Shown here one piece after another: positions 15,917-20,000 of a DNA stretch of 20,000 nucleotides; positions within the stretch are counted from its first letter, which is position 1; each line of letters starts with the position of its first letter. Position numbers and translations under genes: made by a program. The notes beneath the pieces are model-generated. The model worked only from the letters and a program-made list of their open reading frames with translations, was not told the DNA's origin and did not search any database. The DNA lies in the sequence record DRR723986_4205, one strand, 5' to 3'.

Positions 15917-17778
15917 CAACCCAGCCCGGCCCGGTAATTGTTGCGGACTGCGGACTGTGCATCATCGATAATGGTGAAGGCGTCACGCAATTGCTCCTTT
16001 GCCATCTTCGGCAGGTCGCGTGGGTTAATAAAATTGCTCACCGGTTCGCCGCGGCGAATCTGCTGGCACTGGTGATTGATGCGCAGCTGCTGAATAAAAT
16101 GCAGGGCATCGGCCAGGTTGCGACTGTCGACGATGGTCATATGGCGGGCAGCCGCCAACGCCCGCAGACGCTCATCCGTATTCACCGCCTCGATGCCATG
16201 GGCCAGGGCATGCAGGCGCGTGATCTCGGTGACCGGCAAGACACCCCGCTTCTTGAGATCGAGAGAATCGCGGTGCTCACCGTCACGATCCACCACGAAG
16301 CGCCGGAATATCCCCAGCGGTGGCGGACTGTCCAGTACATTGGCCGCAAGAGCGGCGAGGAAAATAGTGTTTGTCGAGGACTGTCGCAGCATCTCGGCCT
16401 GCAGTGAGCGCACCAGGGCGGAGTCACCGTAAATACAGCGCAGGTCGAAAAAAATGCTGACGCGCATCACCGCATCCGGCGTAGGCGATCGGGTCCAACG
16501 CTCCACTGTCTGCCGCCAGCGTGCCAGGGGTTGCCGCCATTCATCGGTGCTGGCCATGACTCCACCGGGGCAGTACACGTAGCCACAGCTGTTCAGGGCG
16601 TCACAGACGCGCTGCGCAAGGTTCGCGTACCAGTGCTCGTCACCGGGCGCCAGTTCGTCGGCGATGATAATCCCGTTGTCCTGGTCCGCTCCCAGCAACT
16701 GTTCAGCGCGAGCCTGGGAGCCGAACCCTGCCCAGCACCAGGGCACCGGGGCGGGACCCAGATCGCGTTCCACCAGTTGGATGATGCGCACGGTCACCGC
16801 ATCGCTGATCGCGGTGAGGATCCGACTGACCTGCTCGGCCCGCATACCCGCAGAAACCCACTGCAGCATCAGGTTGGACATCCCGCTGACCAGTTCGCGG
16901 ATGCCCTCCACATCTTCCTGTCGCGACACATGCTGAACCAGGTACACCGGGTCATTCTTGCGCGCCAGGATTAGGTCCGAAGTCGTCACCACACCGGCCA
17001 ACTGACCATCGCGCATGACCGGCAGATGGTGAAAACCGCGCTGGGTCATCTTCAGCGTCGTCGCGAACAATGTTTCGGAGGCGTCTATGGTCTCCGGTTC
17101 CGGCGTCATGATCGCCGTTACCGGCGTACTCGCGGGCAAGTTGTCCGCCACCAGGCGTTCCCGGATATCCCGGTCAGTCACGATGCCGGCCAGGCTGTCA
17201 TCGGCGAGCACGAAGGCCGAAGAGACCCGGCGCTCGGACATGGCACGGGCCGCCTCCTGCGCCGATGCCGCGGCGCTGACGGTGAGCAGGTCAGTTGTCA
17301 TGACGCTGCCCACGTCCTGCATCATCGCATTGGGTTCAGCCTGGTAGCGGGCGGCCCTGCGCAATCTGCGGCTACGCTGGCTGCTGAAATAGCGGTCGAA
17401 ATGGCGATTGCCCTCCCGTAATCGAGCGTATGACGTGTTCGGCAGGAAATAGAACAGCGCATCCTCGATAACCGTAGCCACTACTTCACCCTGCTCGGCG
17501 TTGAGGCCACCGATATGGAAACTCTCGCCCTCGCCCAGCCGATCCAGCAGTTTGTTGCTGCCGTCCCGTATGTCCACCGCACCACTTCGCAGGATGCGCA
17601 AACCCTGTTCAGGCGTCTTCACGTCGAAGGTGTCGCCGCGGCAATGATAGGTAACGACCAGCGAGGCGACAGCGGCGTCCAGCTCTTCGCGGCCAAGCTC
17701 GTTAAAAGGCAGGGTCTGGCGCAGGAATTCGGCAATCGGCGCCAGTTCGTTGGCCGCTAGATCGCGAGCAGATGTCAT
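15916..17778 (-). CDS. cNMP-binding + tandem CBS + DUF294 nucleotidyltransferase + DUF294_C protein
   Basis: N-terminal cNMP-like fold (LPFNEL…ILRSGAVDI…LGEGESF) and a CBS pair (GIVTDRDI; HHLPVM…GVVTTSDL). Pol-beta NTase motif GSQARAEQLLGADQDNG, CPGGVMAS..W, IFFDLR, DLKKRG.LP and KEQLRDAF. Start ATG 17778. Confidence 0.93.
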   Translation of the reverse strand: MTSARDLAANELAPIAEFLRQTLPFNELGREELDAAVASLVVTYHCRGDTFDVKTPEQGLRILRSGAVDIRDGSNKLLDRLGEGESFHIGGLNAEQGEVVATVIEDALFYFLPNTSYARLREGNRHFDRYFSSQRSRRLRRAARYQAEPNAMMQDVGSVMTTDLLTVSAAASAQEAARAMSERRVSSAFVLADDSLAGIVTDRDIRERLVADNLPASTPVTAIMTPEPETIDASETLFATTLKMTQRGFHHLPVMRDGQLAGVVTTSDLILARKNDPVYLVQHVSRQEDVEGIRELVSGMSNLMLQWVSAGMRAEQVSRILTAISDAVTVRIIQLVERDLGPAPVPWCWAGFGSQARAEQLLGADQDNGIIIADELAPGDEHWYANLAQRVCDALNSCGYVYCPGGVMASTDEWRQPLARWRQTVERWTRSPTPDAVMRVSIFFDLRCIYGDSALVRSLQAEMLRQSSTNTIFLAALAANVLDSPPPLGIFRRFVVDRDGEHRDSLDLKKRGVLPVTEITRLHALAHGIEAVNTDERLRALAAARHMTIVDSRNLADALHFIQQLRINHQCQQIRRGEPVSNFINPRDLPKMAKEQLRDAFTIIDDAQSAVRNNYRAGLG

Positions 17779-17791
17779 GTTCGGGCGACCA

Positions 17792-18262
17792 TCAGCTTTC
17801 CGGTTGCAGGAACAGCGTCGAGGCCTCCGCGAAGTACGCACTGCCGCCGGCGGTAGCTACCAGGCGGATGCGCTCCTCGGGTCCAGGCAACCGCCCCAGA
17901 AGCAGGCGCCACTCCCGGCCGCCGCCATCCGCCGCCTGCATGTTCTCCGGCGGCAGGCCCGGTTCGGGCAATCCAACTGCCATCAATACACCGTCCAGCG
18001 CATGGGAGGCCCGTAGGACGATGACCGGATCGGTATCCCGGTCGAGCACGATTTGCAGTACAAGATCTTCGTTGCGCAGCTCGCAAACGCCGCTTTCATA
18101 GCGACAGTTGCTCTGCTCAACCAGCGGGTAATCGCGGCCCGGCGCGGCGGGCTGGGCTTTTTCTCCCGCAAATTGGCCAACGGCCATCCAGGCCAGCACG
18201 GCCAGGAGGGGAGCGACGATCATCGCGATGACAACGTGTTTATTGGTCAGTAGCTTCAACAT
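17792..18262 (-). CDS. Hypothetical membrane-anchored/exported protein
   Basis: About 156 aa from ATG 18262. N-terminal TM (HVVIAMIVAPLLAVLAWMAVG) and a C-x5-C pair (SNCRYESGVCEL). Ends 13 nt before the DUF294 gene start. Confidence 0.78.
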   Translation of the reverse strand: MLKLLTNKHVVIAMIVAPLLAVLAWMAVGQFAGEKAQPAAPGRDYPLVEQSNCRYESGVCELRNEDLVLQIVLDRDTDPVIVLRASHALDGVLMAVGLPEPGLPPENMQAADGGGREWRLLLGRLPGPEERIRLVATAGGSAYFAEASTLFLQPES

Positions 18263-18287
18263 GGCTTTCGCCTGCGTTCCTGTTATG

Positions 18288-18294
18288 AGTATAG
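18288..18294 (-). promoter_or_regulatory. Putative -10 element (CTATACT) for the hypothetical-DUF294-exonuclease transcript
   Basis: Minus-strand CTATACT about 25 nt upstream of ATG 18262 and downstream of the symporter terminator. Weak -35 (TTAACC, 18-nt spacer). Confidence 0.4.
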
Positions 18295-18349
18295 GCAGCG
18301 ATGCCCCCACCGGTTAAACGCCGGTTTTGGTAAAAATCCCGCTGCAACG

Positions 18350-18376
18350 AAAAAAGGGAGGCCACAAGGGCCTCCC
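18350..18376 (-). terminator. Rho-independent terminator of the symporter gene
   Basis: Minus-strand GGGAGGCC-CTTGT-GGCCTCCC-TTTTTT: perfect 8-bp stem and 6 U, about 20 nt after the stop at 18396. Confidence 0.88.
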
Positions 18377-18395
18377 AGGCTTGCACCCAGATGGA

Positions 18396-20000
18396 TCAAT
18401 GGTCCTGTGCAGCGGCGGCGCCGACCGGTACACGGATGTGCTCAACCAGTTCCTGCACCGACTCCGGCGGCGACTGGGTCACGCGGGAGATTGCGAAGGC
18501 CACCGCGAAGTTCACGATTGCACCAACAACCCCGAAGGCGTTGGGCTCAATGCCCATGAACCAGTTGGCCGGCGTATCACCGAGGAATGCCGTGCCGGGA
18601 ATGAACATAATCCCCATGTGCTGGAACACGTAGAACAGGGTTACGCCGATACCGGACACCATGCCTGCGACTGCCCCTTCCTTGGTGATGGTCTTGGAGA
18701 AAATACCCATCATCAGTGCGGGGAAGATCGATGAGGCCGCGAGCCCAAAGGCCAGGGCCACAGTACCCGCGGCAAAGCCTGGCGGATTGAGCCCGAGGTA
18801 GCCGGCGCCACAAATAGCCACCGCCATCGCGATGCGGCTGGCCATCAACTCCTGCTGCTCGGTGATATCCGGCGTGAACATCCCTTTCAGCAGGTCGTGT
18901 GAAATCGCCGACGAGATCGCCAGCAGCAGACCCGCCGCAGTAGACAGCGCCGCCGCCAGGCCGCCAGCAGCTACCAGGGCAATAACCCAGTTAGGCAGCT
19001 TGGCAATCTCCGGGTTAGCCAACACCATGATGTCGTTATCAATCTTGACCATCTCGTTGACGTTCTTGTCGGCGCTGTACTGGATGAGCCCGTCGCCATT
19101 CTTGTCTTCGAACGCGAGCAGGCCGGTGGTCTCCCAGTTGGTAAACCACTCAGGACGTTCATCGTAGGCCAGGTACTTACCGGGCTCCGGCTCGATGGTT
19201 TCCATCAGGTTCAGGCGGGCCATACCAGCGACTGCAGGTGCCGTGGTGTAAAGGACGGCAATGAAGACCAGTGCCCAGCCAGCCGAGGACCGCGCATCCT
19301 TCACCTTGGGTACGGTAAAGAAGCGGATGATCACGTGGGGCAAGCCCGCGGTACCGATCATCAGGGACATGGTATAGGCAAACATGTTGAGCCCCGACAG
19401 GCGCACATTGGTGGTGTACTCCTTGAAGCCCAACTCGGTTACCACCTGGTCAAGCCGGTCCAGCAGGTAGACATCGGTGCCCAGCAAGGTGCTGCCGAGG
19501 CCGAGCTGCGGTATCGGATTACCGGTGAGCTGGAGGCTGATGAAGATAGCCGGAATGGTATAGGCAAGGATCAGCACGCAGTACTGGGCAATCTGGGTAT
19601 AGGTGATTCCCTTCATGCCGCCGAGTACCGCGTAGAAAAACACGATCGCCATGCCCACATAGAGACCGGTGTCGTAATCCACCTCGAGGAAGCGCGAGAA
19701 TGCCACGCCAACACCTTTCATCTGGCCGATAACATAGGTCACCGAGCAGATAATCAGGCAGATTACCGCTACCGCCCGCGCGGAGCGGGAATAGAAGCGG
19801 TCGCCGATAAACTCCGGCACGGTGAACTTGCCGTACTTGCGCAGGTAGGGCGCCAGCAGCATCGCAAGAATCACGTAACCGCCAGTCCACCCCATGAGGA
19901 ACACCGAGCCGCCATAGCCGCCATAGCTGAGGGCGATGAGTCCGGCCATTGAAATGAACGATGCCGCTGACATCCAGTCAGCCGCTGTCGCCATGCCATT
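18396..20000 (-). CDS. Sodium:solute symporter, ActP-like cation/acetate (monocarboxylate) symporter; 5' end lies outside the window
   Basis: NGMATAADWMSAASFISMAG, GWTGGY, LRKYGKFTVPEFIGDRF, GGMKGITYTQ, GTAGLPHVIIRFFTVP, GGLAAALSTAAGLLL and AFGLAASSIFP. The frame stays open to the window edge, so ATG 19994 is internal. Confidence 0.93.
   Translation of the reverse strand, partial: NGMATAADWMSAASFISMAGLIALSYGGYGGSVFLMGWTGGYVILAMLLAPYLRKYGKFTVPEFIGDRFYSRSARAVAVICLIICSVTYVIGQMKGVGVAFSRFLEVDYDTGLYVGMAIVFFYAVLGGMKGITYTQIAQYCVLILAYTIPAIFISLQLTGNPIPQLGLGSTLLGTDVYLLDRLDQVVTELGFKEYTTNVRLSGLNMFAYTMSLMIGTAGLPHVIIRFFTVPKVKDARSSAGWALVFIAVLYTTAPAVAGMARLNLMETIEPEPGKYLAYDERPEWFTNWETTGLLAFEDKNGDGLIQYSADKNVNEMVKIDNDIMVLANPEIAKLPNWVIALVAAGGLAAALSTAAGLLLAISSAISHDLLKGMFTPDITEQQELMASRIAMAVAICGAGYLGLNPPGFAAGTVALAFGLAASSIFPALMMGIFSKTITKEGAVAGMVSGIGVTLFYVFQHMGIMFIPGTAFLGDTPANWFMGIEPNAFGVVGAIVNFAVAFAISRVTQSPPESVQELVEHIRVPVGAAAAQDH

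Noticed and set aside
624-18310. Longest-ORF starts from the track (1457, 3446, 8917, 9556, 12334, 17841, 18310)
   Set aside because: The extensions overlap neighbouring genes or promoters. Downstream starts fit SD sequences, stop/start coupling, signal peptides or domain boundaries better.
903-19952. Long alternative-frame ORFs (e.g. 903-1490 +, 1285-1911 +, 4636-5289 -, 6424-7227 -, 7967-8707 +, 12532-13401 +, 14556-14981 +, 19335-19952 +)
   Set aside because: They overlap well-supported genes, lack recognisable motifs, and are typical shadow ORFs of GC-rich DNA.
1-20000. CRISPR array, prophage, IS element, tRNA/rRNA or anti-phage defence island (NTase + nuclease superficially recalls CBASS or toxin-antitoxin systems)
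   Set aside because: No repeat-spacer arrays, integrase/transposase or structural RNA signatures seen, and no obvious compositional shift. The NTase has cNMP-CBS-DUF294 architecture in a metabolic context, not CD-NTase or MNT-HEPN architecture.

Overview
GC-rich, gene-dense bacterial chromosomal window with no rRNA, tRNA, CRISPR array, integrase or transposase that I can see. Gene content suggests a marine gammaproteobacterium, possibly Halieaceae (OM60/NOR5); this is inference only. From left to right: the 3' end of an SDR; a minus-strand SRPBCC / enoyl-CoA hydratase / SnoaL-like unit divergent from a BVMO-type flavin monooxygenase coupled to a DUF427 gene; a VOC protein; an orphan acyl-CoA carboxyltransferase; a small SutA-like protein; an AmpG-family MFS; a DUF2235 (Tle1-like) hydrolase; a signal-peptide MsrA; a serine hydrolase; a sorbosone/glucose dehydrogenase-family protein; a sulfotransferase + DUF1214 pair; and a Cys-rich membrane-anchored unknown. 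The window ends with an ActP-like Na+/solute symporter followed by an unknown exported protein, a cNMP-CBS-DUF294 nucleotidyltransferase and a translationally coupled stand-alone DEDDh exonuclease. The best candidates for uncharacterised systems are that nucleotidyltransferase/nuclease 'writer/eraser' pair beside the symporter and the sulfotransferase-DUF1214 pair. Family calls come from motif recognition, not database searches.
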